64,000 nt of DNA from a bacterium (GTDB lineage Bacteria; UBA8248), in NCBI GenBank assembly GCA_965204535.1, contig CBDBEV010000001.1:544001-608000 (forward strand). The letters are read 5' to 3'. The position numbers were made by a program, and so were the translations under genes. The notes under the pieces are model-generated. The model saw nothing but the letters and a program-made list of their open reading frames with translations. It ran no database searches and was not told the origin of the DNA. Below, in pieces: positions 48,624 to 57,633 of the stretch. Every line of letters begins with the position of its first letter. Within the stretch, counting starts at the first letter, position 1.

Positions 48624-48779
48624 GGGGATTGCCGACGGTCGTGAATTCCTTTTAGTTTGTTGAAAGTATTGTGGGTATTGGTTTTTTCGAACTTCGTTCA
48701 GTATTTGCCTTCTGGAAGAAGTAATCAAATCGGAAGCGGATGGATTACAACTCCTGCGCATATCAGCGAGTTCGTGTCG
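48624..48779 (+). repeat. Conserved non-coding element, copy 2 (IS66 target)
   Basis: Core 48721-48760; 48624-48683 is 46/60 identical, ungapped, to 61071-61130. Confidence 0.85.
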
Positions 48780-48848
48780 GTAAGCGTTCGGGCGGGCCGT
48801 GATGGTAGTGCCTTGAAGCAGTAGTTCGGGCCGGAATGGGGGATGATT

Positions 48849-49721
48849 TTACCGGTTGAGGACTTGCTTCCAGTTTCTGCGCAACGGTCGTAGCCAGATG
48901 TCCTTTTTCGGTTGGTCTCGTTTCGTGTATCTGTCGTAGCGTCCACGCCCCTGGGTCATACCGACGTGAATCCACCCCGATGCCCTGTAGACGGCGCCGG
49001 TGTAGCGCGGCGTCTCGACGAAGGTCTCGACGAGGACGGGTGTCGTGCCATAGCGCTCGGTCCAGTCCTCGGGCAGGCGCCTGCGGATGATGGCGAGGAG
49101 GTGTGAGCCGAGGTTGAGGATCCTGATCCATGGCAGGATGAGGAACCTCGGGTTGTCGACCACGAGGGGGAGGTTCTTCTCGCGCAGCTGCGGCGTCCAG
49201 CCGATGAAGCTGTCGCGCGGGGCGAGCTTCCACGCGGCGGTGGAGAAGCCGAGCATGGCGAGGGGCCTGCCGCCCCGGTCGTGGACGGCGTAGCGCATCT
49301 GCGCGCCGACGAGGGTCTTGTAGCCGAGGTAGTGGTAGCGGGCGACGAACTCGTTCCAGAGCCTGCCCTCGCGGGTTCCGCGCACGGCGACGCGCATATC
49401 GAGGGGGCGGACTTCGTCGAGGGTCTCAGGCGCCGGGATGAGGGGAGGTTCGGTGTCGGGTCCGAAGACGATCGGCCCGGGCCGGTTCTGGCGCCACTTC
49501 GGTGGGGGCAGCGTGATCAGGCCGTCCTTGTGCATGGCCAGCATAGTCACCCGGGCCATCATGTCCTTGAGTCCGCCGTCGGGCTTGTACCAGCCGATTC
49601 GGCGGCAGAACTCCTTCGATAGCGCATGGCGGTTGAGCGCAGGTGGACCTGCGATCAGTTCGCGCAGCAGCGCCATCTCTTCCGTCGTGAAGTCGCGTCC
49701 GTGGTAGCGGCACTCGGTCAC
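48849..49721 (-). CDS. DUF4338 domain protein (IS copy 2)
   Basis: Close paralog of 2819-3691. Confidence 0.85.
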   Translation of the reverse strand: MTECRYHGRDFTTEEMALLRELIAGPPALNRHALSKEFCRRIGWYKPDGGLKDMMARVTMLAMHKDGLITLPPPKWRQNRPGPIVFGPDTEPPLIPAPETLDEVRPLDMRVAVRGTREGRLWNEFVARYHYLGYKTLVGAQMRYAVHDRGGRPLAMLGFSTAAWKLAPRDSFIGWTPQLREKNLPLVVDNPRFLILPWIRILNLGSHLLAIIRRRLPEDWTERYGTTPVLVETFVETPRYTGAVYRASGWIHVGMTQGRGRYDRYTKRDQPKKDIWLRPLRRNWKQVLNR

Positions 49722-49725
49722 GGCG

Positions 49726-52080
49726 TCATCCCGGCGCCGTGAGGGCGCGCCTGCGCTCCGTGCTCATCGACCAGGGCAGCCACGCGGAGAGGTCCCCGGG
49801 CGCCCGGCCGCCGTTCTCCGCGCAGGCCGTGAGCCATGCCTCCAGCCAGCGGAGCGGGTCGACCCCGTTCGACGCGAGGGTTCCGAGGACCGAGTACATC
49901 ATCGCCGTAAACCTGGCGCCGGCCTCGCTGTCGGAGCCGAACGAGAGCCGCCTGCCGATCACAGGGCCCCGAAGCGCACGTTCGCTGGCGTTGTTATCCA
50001 TCGGCACCGAGGGGCGTTCGATGAAGACGCTCAGCCCCTCGCGGTGGTTCAGCAGCGAGCGAAGCGCCTTGCCCTCGCGCGCCTGCGCGGGCAGAGCGGC
50101 CATCTCCCGTCGGGCCTGCGCGAACAGGTCCTTGAGCGCCTTCTTCAATTCGTCGTGCGCCGCGTCGAACGCCGCATCCTGGCGTTCGACGCCCGGGTCG
50201 TAACTGGCCAGGCGCGCCTCGTTCAGGCGGTAAAGCAAGGCAATCCGCTCGATCCATCTCTCGCACCACGGCGTCAGCCGCTCATCGCCGGCGGCGCAGT
50301 GGATATAATCGCGCCGGACGTGACTCCAGCACCATGCGAGAGTCACCAGACCCCCGGGAATGCGCGCCAGCTTCTTGTAGGCGCTGTAGCGGTCGCAGAC
50401 GATGACCGTATGGGAGCCGGCCGCGCCGAACAGCTTCATCGCGACCTCAGCACTCCGCGAGGGGTCGACGTGGAAGTAGACGGAGTCTGCGCTGACCGAG
50501 GTCCACAGCCAGGCGCGGCTCGAGCGTCCTTGTTCGCGAAGCGACTGAACGCGCCACGTCGTCTCGTCCCCGTGACGCACCGCCGCTTCGTTCTGGCGGT
50601 CGAGGATCGCCGCAGCCAGCGGCTCGAAGAGCGGCGTGAAGCGGTGCGTGCTGTCGCCCAGTGTGCCTGCAGAGACCGGAAGCCCCTGGTCGGAGAGCCA
50701 CGCGGCGACCCGGCGCAGCGGGCGGAAGCAGGCGTAGCGCTCGAACAGGAAGCGCGCCCACACGCTCGTCCCGTAAGGCGTGCCCGCGAACAGGCGCGGC
50801 GCGGCGGGCGCCGACACTTCCACCGGAGACGACGCGCACGCGCATCTCCTGCGCCATCTCGGACGGCGGATGACGCGCTTGTGGGCCGAGACTTCGATCT
50901 CGAAGATGGAGGAGACCTCGGCGCCATTGGCCACGTAGGGCTTCCCGCAACCGGCGCAGACGCGCGCACCGGCCGGCGGGTTGCGAACTTCGGTCCTCTC
51001 ATCGAGCGCGGGCCGCGGGGTGCGGCCATGACCGGCGGCGCCGGGTTGCCGGCCGCGCCTGCGCTCCGAGCGCGGCCTCTCCTGCCGTTCGCTCTTGCGC
51101 CCGAACAGTCTTCTCGCCAGCACCGCTCCGGTGGCGCGAAGCTTCGCGAGATCGGCCTCCAGCCGCGCCCGGATGGTCTCTGACTTGCGGAGCGCCCTGC
51201 GAAGACGCCCGTTCTCCCTCGACAGCGACCTGAGCGCCGTCTTCTGGCGCCGCGACCTCCCCAGGGCCTTGCGCAGTTCCTCATCTGCACGAGACGGCGA
51301 CTTCGAGCGCGCCGCCTCGAGAGCGCGCAGCAACCGCGCCTTCAGCCGTTCGGTCGCAATGCCTACGGCCCCCAGGGAGACTTCAAGACGGTAGACCTCC
51401 GCAGACAGCGACTCGACCACCTCCGCCTGGTCGCGCAATCGCCTCAACTTCCTGTAGAGCCCGATGGCCTCCTCGTCCAGGCTCCGAATGGTCTCCTTGT
51501 CGGTCGCCGACTTCTGCTTCTCCAGGGCCAGACGATCTTCGAGCCGGGCAACTTCCTTCTCCCGCCGGCCGACCTCCTTGCGCAGGGCATGAATCGTCTC
51601 CTTGCGCTCCTCCAGGGCCTTGCGCAGCCGCCCCGCCTCCCCCGGCGACGGCACGCCCGAGAGCTCCTTGCGAAGCCGGACGACCTCCATGCGCAGCGAC
51701 ATGAGCGGGCTGCGCTTGCGCGGATCGACCCCCGCCTCCGCAAGCAGCTTCTCCAGCCGCGCCACTTCCGCCTTGAGCGACAGCGCGTCCTTCGCCGCGC
51801 GGCGGGCTTCCTTCGCCTCCCCGGCGGCCGCCTCGAGCTTCTTCCGGCTGGCGTCGAGATGCCGCTTCAGCTTGCCCGCACGGGAGCGGGAATCCACTTC
51901 CGCCCAACGCAACTCCTCGCAGCGCGCCTCCGCCGCCTCCGCGCGCGCACGCTCGCGCTCGTACAGCGAACGCCAGTACGCCTCTGCGGTTGTGGACAAC
52001 CCGGGGGAATGAGGCCATGGCTCATCCGGCCTCTCGGCCAACGCCAACTCCGTCTCGACAGCTTCTGCGCGAATCTTCAT
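49726..52080 (-). CDS. tnpC: IS66 transposase (copy 2)
   Basis: Close paralog of 3696-6050. Confidence 0.92.
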   Translation of the reverse strand: MKIRAEAVETELALAERPDEPWPHSPGLSTTAEAYWRSLYERERARAEAAEARCEELRWAEVDSRSRAGKLKRHLDASRKKLEAAAGEAKEARRAAKDALSLKAEVARLEKLLAEAGVDPRKRSPLMSLRMEVVRLRKELSGVPSPGEAGRLRKALEERKETIHALRKEVGRREKEVARLEDRLALEKQKSATDKETIRSLDEEAIGLYRKLRRLRDQAEVVESLSAEVYRLEVSLGAVGIATERLKARLLRALEAARSKSPSRADEELRKALGRSRRQKTALRSLSRENGRLRRALRKSETIRARLEADLAKLRATGAVLARRLFGRKSERQERPRSERRRGRQPGAAGHGRTPRPALDERTEVRNPPAGARVCAGCGKPYVANGAEVSSIFEIEVSAHKRVIRRPRWRRRCACASSPVEVSAPAAPRLFAGTPYGTSVWARFLFERYACFRPLRRVAAWLSDQGLPVSAGTLGDSTHRFTPLFEPLAAAILDRQNEAAVRHGDETTWRVQSLREQGRSSRAWLWTSVSADSVYFHVDPSRSAEVAMKLFGAAGSHTVIVCDRYSAYKKLARIPGGLVTLAWCWSHVRRDYIHCAAGDERLTPWCERWIERIALLYRLNEARLASYDPGVERQDAAFDAAHDELKKALKDLFAQARREMAALPAQAREGKALRSLLNHREGLSVFIERPSVPMDNNASERALRGPVIGRRLSFGSDSEAGARFTAMMYSVLGTLASNGVDPLRWLEAWLTACAENGGRAPGDLSAWLPWSMSTERRRALTAPG

Positions 52081-52270
52081 GCCGACATCATTAGCACATG
52101 TCGAATCGCGTTACCAGTCGCCCGGGAAAATTCTATCCGATGGAGGCGATGCGCCCGGCGCCGGGTCCATCACGGCCCGCCCGAACGCTTACTCGTGTCG
52201 AGTAAGCGTTCGGGCGGGCCGTGATGGTAGTGCCTTGAAGCAGTAGTTCGGGCCGGAATGGGGGATGATT

Positions 52271-53143
52271 TTACCGGTTGAGGACTTGCTTCCAGTTTCT
52301 GCGCAACGGTCGTAGCCAGATGTCCTTTTTCGGTTGGTCTCGTTTCGTGTATCTGTCGTAGCGTCCACGCCCCTGGGTCATACCGACGTGAATCCACCCC
52401 GATGCCCTGTAGACGGCGCCGGTGTAGCGCGGCGTCTCGACGAAGGTCTCGACGAGGACGGGTGTCGTGCCATAGCGCTCGGTCCAGTCCTCGGGCAGGC
52501 GCCTGCGGATGATGGCGAGGAGGTGTGAGCCGAGGTTGAGGATCCTGATCCATGGCAGGATGAGGAACCTCGGGTTGTCGACCACGAGGGGGAGGTTCTT
52601 CTCGCGCAGCTGCGGCGTCCAGCCGATGAAGCTGTCGCGCGGGGCGAGCTTCCACGCGGCGGTGGAGAAGCCGAGCATGGCGAGGGGCCTGCCGCCCCGG
52701 TCGTGGACGGCGTAGCGCATCTGCGCGCCGACGAGGGTCTTGTAGCCGAGGTAGTGGTAGCGGGCGACGAACTCGTTCCAGAGCCTGCCCTCGCGGGTTC
52801 CGCGCACGGCGACGCGCATATCGAGGGGGCGGACTTCGTCGAGGGTCTCAGGCGCCGGGATGAGGGGAGGTTCGGTGTCGGGTCCGAAGACGATCGGCCC
52901 GGGCCGGTTCTGGCGCCACTTCGGTGGGGGCAGCGTGATCAGGCCGTCCTTGTGCATGGCCAGCATAGTCACCCGGGCCATCATGTCCTTGAGTCCGCCG
53001 TCGGGCTTGTACCAGCCGATTCGGCGGCAGAACTCCTTCGATAGCGCATGGCGGTTGAGCGCAGGTGGACCTGCGATCAGTTCGCGCAGCAGCGCCATCT
53101 CTTCCGTCGTGAAGTCGCGTCCGTGGTAGCGGCACTCGGTCAC
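52271..53143 (-). CDS. DUF4338 domain protein (IS copy 3)
   Basis: Identical to the copy 2 protein. Confidence 0.85.
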   Translation of the reverse strand: MTECRYHGRDFTTEEMALLRELIAGPPALNRHALSKEFCRRIGWYKPDGGLKDMMARVTMLAMHKDGLITLPPPKWRQNRPGPIVFGPDTEPPLIPAPETLDEVRPLDMRVAVRGTREGRLWNEFVARYHYLGYKTLVGAQMRYAVHDRGGRPLAMLGFSTAAWKLAPRDSFIGWTPQLREKNLPLVVDNPRFLILPWIRILNLGSHLLAIIRRRLPEDWTERYGTTPVLVETFVETPRYTGAVYRASGWIHVGMTQGRGRYDRYTKRDQPKKDIWLRPLRRNWKQVLNR

Positions 53144-53147
53144 GGCG

Positions 53148-55502
53148 TCATCCCGGCGCCGTGAGGGCGCGCCTGCGCTCCGTGCTCATCGACCAGGGCA
53201 GCCACGCGGAGAGGTCCCCGGGCGCCCGGCCGCCGTTCTCCGCGCAGGCCGTGAGCCATGCCTCCAGCCAGCGGAGCGGGTCGACCCCGTTCGACGCGAG
53301 GGTTCCGAGGACCGAGTACATCATCGCCGTAAACCTGGCGCCGGCCTCGCTGTCGGAGCCGAACGAGAGCCGCCTGCCGATCACAGGGCCCCGAAGCGCA
53401 CGTTCGCTGGCGTTGTTATCCATCGGCACCGAGGGGCGTTCGATGAAGACGCTCAGCCCCTCGCGGTGGTTCAGCAGCGAGCGAAGCGCCTTGCCCTCGC
53501 GCGCCTGCGCGGGCAGAGCGGCCATCTCCCGTCGGGCCTGCGCGAACAGGTCCTTGAGCGCCTTCTTCAATTCGTCGTGCGCCGCGTCGAACGCCGCATC
53601 CTGGCGTTCGACGCCCGGGTCGTAACTGGCCAGGCGCGCCTCGTTCAGGCGGTAAAGCAAGGCAATCCGCTCGATCCATCTCTCGCACCACGGCGTCAGC
53701 CGCTCATCGCCGGCGGCGCAGTGGATATAATCGCGCCGGACGTGACTCCAGCACCATGCGAGAGTCACCAGACCCCCGGGAATGCGCGCCAGCTTCTTGT
53801 AGGCGCTGTAGCGGTCGCAGACGATGACCGTATGGGAGCCGGCCGCGCCGAACAGCTTCATCGCGACCTCAGCACTCCGCGAGGGGTCGACGTGGAAGTA
53901 GACGGAGTCTGCGCTGACCGAGGTCCACAGCCAGGCGCGGCTCGAGCGTCCTTGTTCGCGAAGCGACTGAACGCGCCACGTCGTCTCGTCCCCGTGACGC
54001 ACCGCCGCTTCGTTCTGGCGGTCGAGGATCGCCGCAGCCAGCGGCTCGAAGAGCGGCGTGAAGCGGTGCGTGCTGTCGCCCAGTGTGCCTGCAGAGACCG
54101 GAAGCCCCTGGTCGGAGAGCCACGCGGCGACCCGGCGCAGCGGGCGGAAGCAGGCGTAGCGCTCGAACAGGAAGCGCGCCCACACGCTCGTCCCGTAAGG
54201 CGTGCCCGCGAACAGGCGCGGCGCGGCGGGCGCCGACACTTCCACCGGAGACGACGCGCACGCGCATCTCCTGCGCCATCTCGGACGGCGGATGACGCGC
54301 TTGTGGGCCGAGACTTCGATCTCGAAGATGGAGGAGACCTCGGCGCCATTGGCCACGTAGGGCTTCCCGCAACCGGCGCAGACGCGCGCACCGGCCGGCG
54401 GGTTGCGAACTTCGGTCCTCTCATCGAGCGCGGGCCGCGGGGTGCGGCCATGACCGGCGGCGCCGGGTTGCCGGCCGCGCCTGCGCTCCGAGCGCGGCCT
54501 CTCCTGCCGTTCGCTCTTGCGCCCGAACAGTCTTCTCGCCAGCACCGCTCCGGTGGCGCGAAGCTTCGCGAGATCGGCCTCCAGCCGCGCCCGGATGGTC
54601 TCTGACTTGCGGAGCGCCCTGCGAAGACGCCCGTTCTCCCTCGACAGCGACCTGAGCGCCGTCTTCTGGCGCCGCGACCTCCCCAGGGCCTTGCGCAGTT
54701 CCTCATCTGCACGAGACGGCGACTTCGAGCGCGCCGCCTCGAGAGCGCGCAGCAACCGCGCCTTCAGCCGTTCGGTCGCAATGCCTACGGCCCCCAGGGA
54801 GACTTCAAGACGGTAGACCTCCGCAGACAGCGACTCGACCACCTCCGCCTGGTCGCGCAATCGCCTCAACTTCCTGTAGAGCCCGATGGCCTCCTCGTCC
54901 AGGCTCCGAATGGTCTCCTTGTCGGTCGCCGACTTCTGCTTCTCCAGGGCCAGACGATCTTCGAGCCGGGCAACTTCCTTCTCCCGCCGGCCGACCTCCT
55001 TGCGCAGGGCATGAATCGTCTCCTTGCGCTCCTCCAGGGCCTTGCGCAGCCGCCCCGCCTCCCCCGGCGACGGCACGCCCGAGAGCTCCTTGCGAAGCCG
55101 GACGACCTCCATGCGCAGCGACATGAGCGGGCTGCGCTTGCGCGGATCGACCCCCGCCTCCGCAAGCAGCTTCTCCAGCCGCGCCACTTCCGCCTTGAGC
55201 GACAGCGCGTCCTTCGCCGCGCGGCGGGCTTCCTTCGCCTCCCCGGCGGCCGCCTCGAGCTTCTTCCGGCTGGCGTCGAGATGCCGCTTCAGCTTGCCCG
55301 CACGGGAGCGGGAATCCACTTCCGCCCAACGCAACTCCTCGCAGCGCGCCTCCGCCGCCTCCGCGCGCGCACGCTCGCGCTCGTACAGCGAACGCCAGTA
55401 CGCCTCTGCGGTTGTGGACAACCCGGGGGAATGAGGCCATGGCTCATCCGGCCTCTCGGCCAACGCCAACTCCGTCTCGACAGCTTCTGCGCGAATCTTC
55501 AT
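53148..55502 (-). CDS. tnpC: IS66 transposase (copy 3)
   Basis: Identical to the copy 2 protein. Confidence 0.92.
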   Translation of the reverse strand: MKIRAEAVETELALAERPDEPWPHSPGLSTTAEAYWRSLYERERARAEAAEARCEELRWAEVDSRSRAGKLKRHLDASRKKLEAAAGEAKEARRAAKDALSLKAEVARLEKLLAEAGVDPRKRSPLMSLRMEVVRLRKELSGVPSPGEAGRLRKALEERKETIHALRKEVGRREKEVARLEDRLALEKQKSATDKETIRSLDEEAIGLYRKLRRLRDQAEVVESLSAEVYRLEVSLGAVGIATERLKARLLRALEAARSKSPSRADEELRKALGRSRRQKTALRSLSRENGRLRRALRKSETIRARLEADLAKLRATGAVLARRLFGRKSERQERPRSERRRGRQPGAAGHGRTPRPALDERTEVRNPPAGARVCAGCGKPYVANGAEVSSIFEIEVSAHKRVIRRPRWRRRCACASSPVEVSAPAAPRLFAGTPYGTSVWARFLFERYACFRPLRRVAAWLSDQGLPVSAGTLGDSTHRFTPLFEPLAAAILDRQNEAAVRHGDETTWRVQSLREQGRSSRAWLWTSVSADSVYFHVDPSRSAEVAMKLFGAAGSHTVIVCDRYSAYKKLARIPGGLVTLAWCWSHVRRDYIHCAAGDERLTPWCERWIERIALLYRLNEARLASYDPGVERQDAAFDAAHDELKKALKDLFAQARREMAALPAQAREGKALRSLLNHREGLSVFIERPSVPMDNNASERALRGPVIGRRLSFGSDSEAGARFTAMMYSVLGTLASNGVDPLRWLEAWLTACAENGGRAPGDLSAWLPWSMSTERRRALTAPG

Positions 55503-56305
55503 GCCGACATCATTAGCACATGTCGAATCGCGTTACCAGTCGCCCGGGAAAATTCTATCCGATGGAGGCGATGCGCCCGGCGCCGGGTCCATCACGGCCC
55601 GCCCGAACGCTTACCGTGTCGATCGTTGCGTAGTCCTCCTCCAAAATACGACCTCGCAATGTTCATTCAGAAACCACTAGTCCGCGCCCCATGCAGATGC
55701 ATGATTCGCGTTGTGGAGTAGTCAATCACAACGATGATGATCTTTTGAAGGGAGCGCTCCGCCCGCGGCGTAATCGAACAACTTCCGGCTTTTTTGTTCA
55801 TGCGCGTCTCTTCTTTCGTCCCGTTCGCTCATCCTGCATGCAGATGGGAGTCTGCACCGCTTGCACCCAGGACGGAATAAATCAATAACCGCCCGTTTGC
55901 AAGGGTTTTCGATATTCAGTTTCCAACGCTTTTTGCGTATTCGCGCCCGACCCTGCGAGCGGCTGCTCGGAAGTGCGGCGAAAAAGTTCTTTTGTCGCGC
56001 GCCTCACTTGGCCCGAACGTCGCAGGGCCCGGGCGGGCGTTCATCGCGCACGGCCCCCGAGCCCCGCCTTGCACGACGGGTTCCGGGAGCCTCGGTTGCT
56101 CGATCTTACCGAAACGCAGGGCAAGCTCAGGAGCCAAAGGCTCCGGCTTTCGCTGCGCTACGCATTCTAAGCTTGAGGCCGGGGATTTGGGAGCTTTCGA
56201 TCTAAGGATGTTCATGTGAGCCTTCGGCCGTGAAGCCGACTTCCATGACGTGTATCCTCAATCGACTTATCTAGAACTCCAAAAGCCGCTGTTCGCTATT
56301 CGCGC

Positions 56306-56333
56306 TTGGCAAGGGGCAGTACTTGCTTATAAT
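56306..56333 (+). promoter_or_regulatory. Sigma70-like promoter
   Basis: TTGGCA-N16-TATAAT, 35 bp before ATG 56369. Confidence 0.5.
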
Positions 56334-56368
56334 TGGCTTGCCAAAAGAAAAATGGATAGAGGACGAAA

Positions 56369-57211
56369 ATGTATAACTTGCTTGTTCAGTATATGCCTTG
56401 GGAAGGTGGGAGGGGCACTATATTAACAAGTCGTCTATTTGAACACACCGACGATATACTTCAAGAACAATTCAAAGATGGCGATTTGGTTCTATTGGAC
56501 AAGCTGATTCAATTCCCGTGTTTGTTTATGCAGGAAGGCACGGAAGATGAGCTTGCGCATGTAGGAACAATCACACGTGCACGACGTTCTGGCACCGATA
56601 TTTTGATCGATTATCTCTTCGATCCAGATGTCGACCCAGTTCCTAACAAGGTCATTTTCGCGAATAAAGACGAGTTTGATATGCGAGAACGGTTTGAGTT
56701 CAGCAGAACACATTGGGCACTCAAGGATGTCGACTTGTTCCGCGTGCTCCTCCGACTTTCCCAACCTCTTCGCCAAAGCCCAAAGGTATTCTCGATATCC
56801 GAGAGTGAGATAATTGAGCGCACACTAGTATCCGTAATGATGCCGTTTGATTCGGGGTTTTCCGACGTCTACGAGGCGTTACAAGAAGCGGCGACAGCAG
56901 TTGGACTTCGGTGTCGTAGGGCAGATGAAATCTGGGAAAATCCTGCAATCATTCAAGATATAGTGACGCTAATAGACAAATCTTTTCTGGTGGTATGTGA
57001 CTGTACAAAGAGAAACCCAAACGTATTCTACGAAATCGGTATTGCCCACACTCTTGGGCGTGAGGTGGTTTTGATTACTCAAGCTCATGAAGACATCCCC
57101 TTTGATCTCCGCCATCTGCGCTATATCCATTATCTTAATAATGGTGAGGGGCGTCAGGCGCTCAAAGCGGCGCTCTGTGAACGTTTTAGCTTCCTTCAAG
57201 AAAACCTGTAA
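56369..57211 (+). CDS. Protein with C-terminal nucleoside 2-deoxyribosyltransferase/TIR-like domain; defence candidate
   Basis: VMMPF, RRADE, I..DI...I, D.T..NPNVFYE.GIAH, PFDLRH motifs; N-terminal domain not identified. Confidence 0.7.
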   Translation: MYNLLVQYMPWEGGRGTILTSRLFEHTDDILQEQFKDGDLVLLDKLIQFPCLFMQEGTEDELAHVGTITRARRSGTDILIDYLFDPDVDPVPNKVIFANKDEFDMRERFEFSRTHWALKDVDLFRVLLRLSQPLRQSPKVFSISESEIIERTLVSVMMPFDSGFSDVYEALQEAATAVGLRCRRADEIWENPAIIQDIVTLIDKSFLVVCDCTKRNPNVFYEIGIAHTLGREVVLITQAHEDIPFDLRHLRYIHYLNNGEGRQALKAALCERFSFLQENL

Positions 57212-57633
57212 TCGTAGTCATTGCCCATAGTTGAGAAAATCGTTCGTCAGCGGGGTGATACTGCCAGATTTGGTGTATGTGCTGAATTGAAGAAGGCGGC
57301 GCATTCCTGCTGAAATGTAGTTTTGAAGAATTTTATTTCAGCGAGAGAGGAGACGCGCCATCATGGGCAAAGATACGATGGTTTGTTTTTCGAATTCAGT
57401 CTTTCGGGACAAACTCAGCGGACTGGTGCGCAACGGCACTCGGCGGGTCCAGATCGCCTCACAAGCGGTCATAGCGCGTCAACACCTAGGGGTAACACCG
57501 TCTTCGTATCGATCCAGATCGAGAATCTGAACCGTGGTATCGTCCAGCAAAAAGGACCTCCTTATCCTCTGACGCGTGCCGATTGGATCACACACATGAA
57601 TATTCAAGCAGATCAGTTGGTTGGCGACAAAAC

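Larger units (their letters stand above)
48780..52192 (-). mobile_element. IS66-family element with DUF4338 gene, copy 2
   Basis: Same 26-bp IRs; TSD TCGTGTCG (48772-48779, 52193-52200); 3413 bp. Confidence 0.95.
52202..55614 (-). mobile_element. IS66-family element with DUF4338 gene, copy 3
   Basis: Same IRs; TSD CGTGTCGA (52194-52201, 55615-55622); proteins identical to copy 2. Confidence 0.93.

Noticed and set aside
48721-48760. CRISPR repeat with AT-rich leader (GT...ATTACAAC ending)
   Set aside because: Single dispersed copies, similarity extends beyond the would-be repeat, no spacer periodicity and no cas genes.
48780-55614. Tandem IS as a simple repeat misassembly
   Set aside because: Each copy has its own perfectly matched TSD, offset by 1 bp, which plain duplication would not produce.
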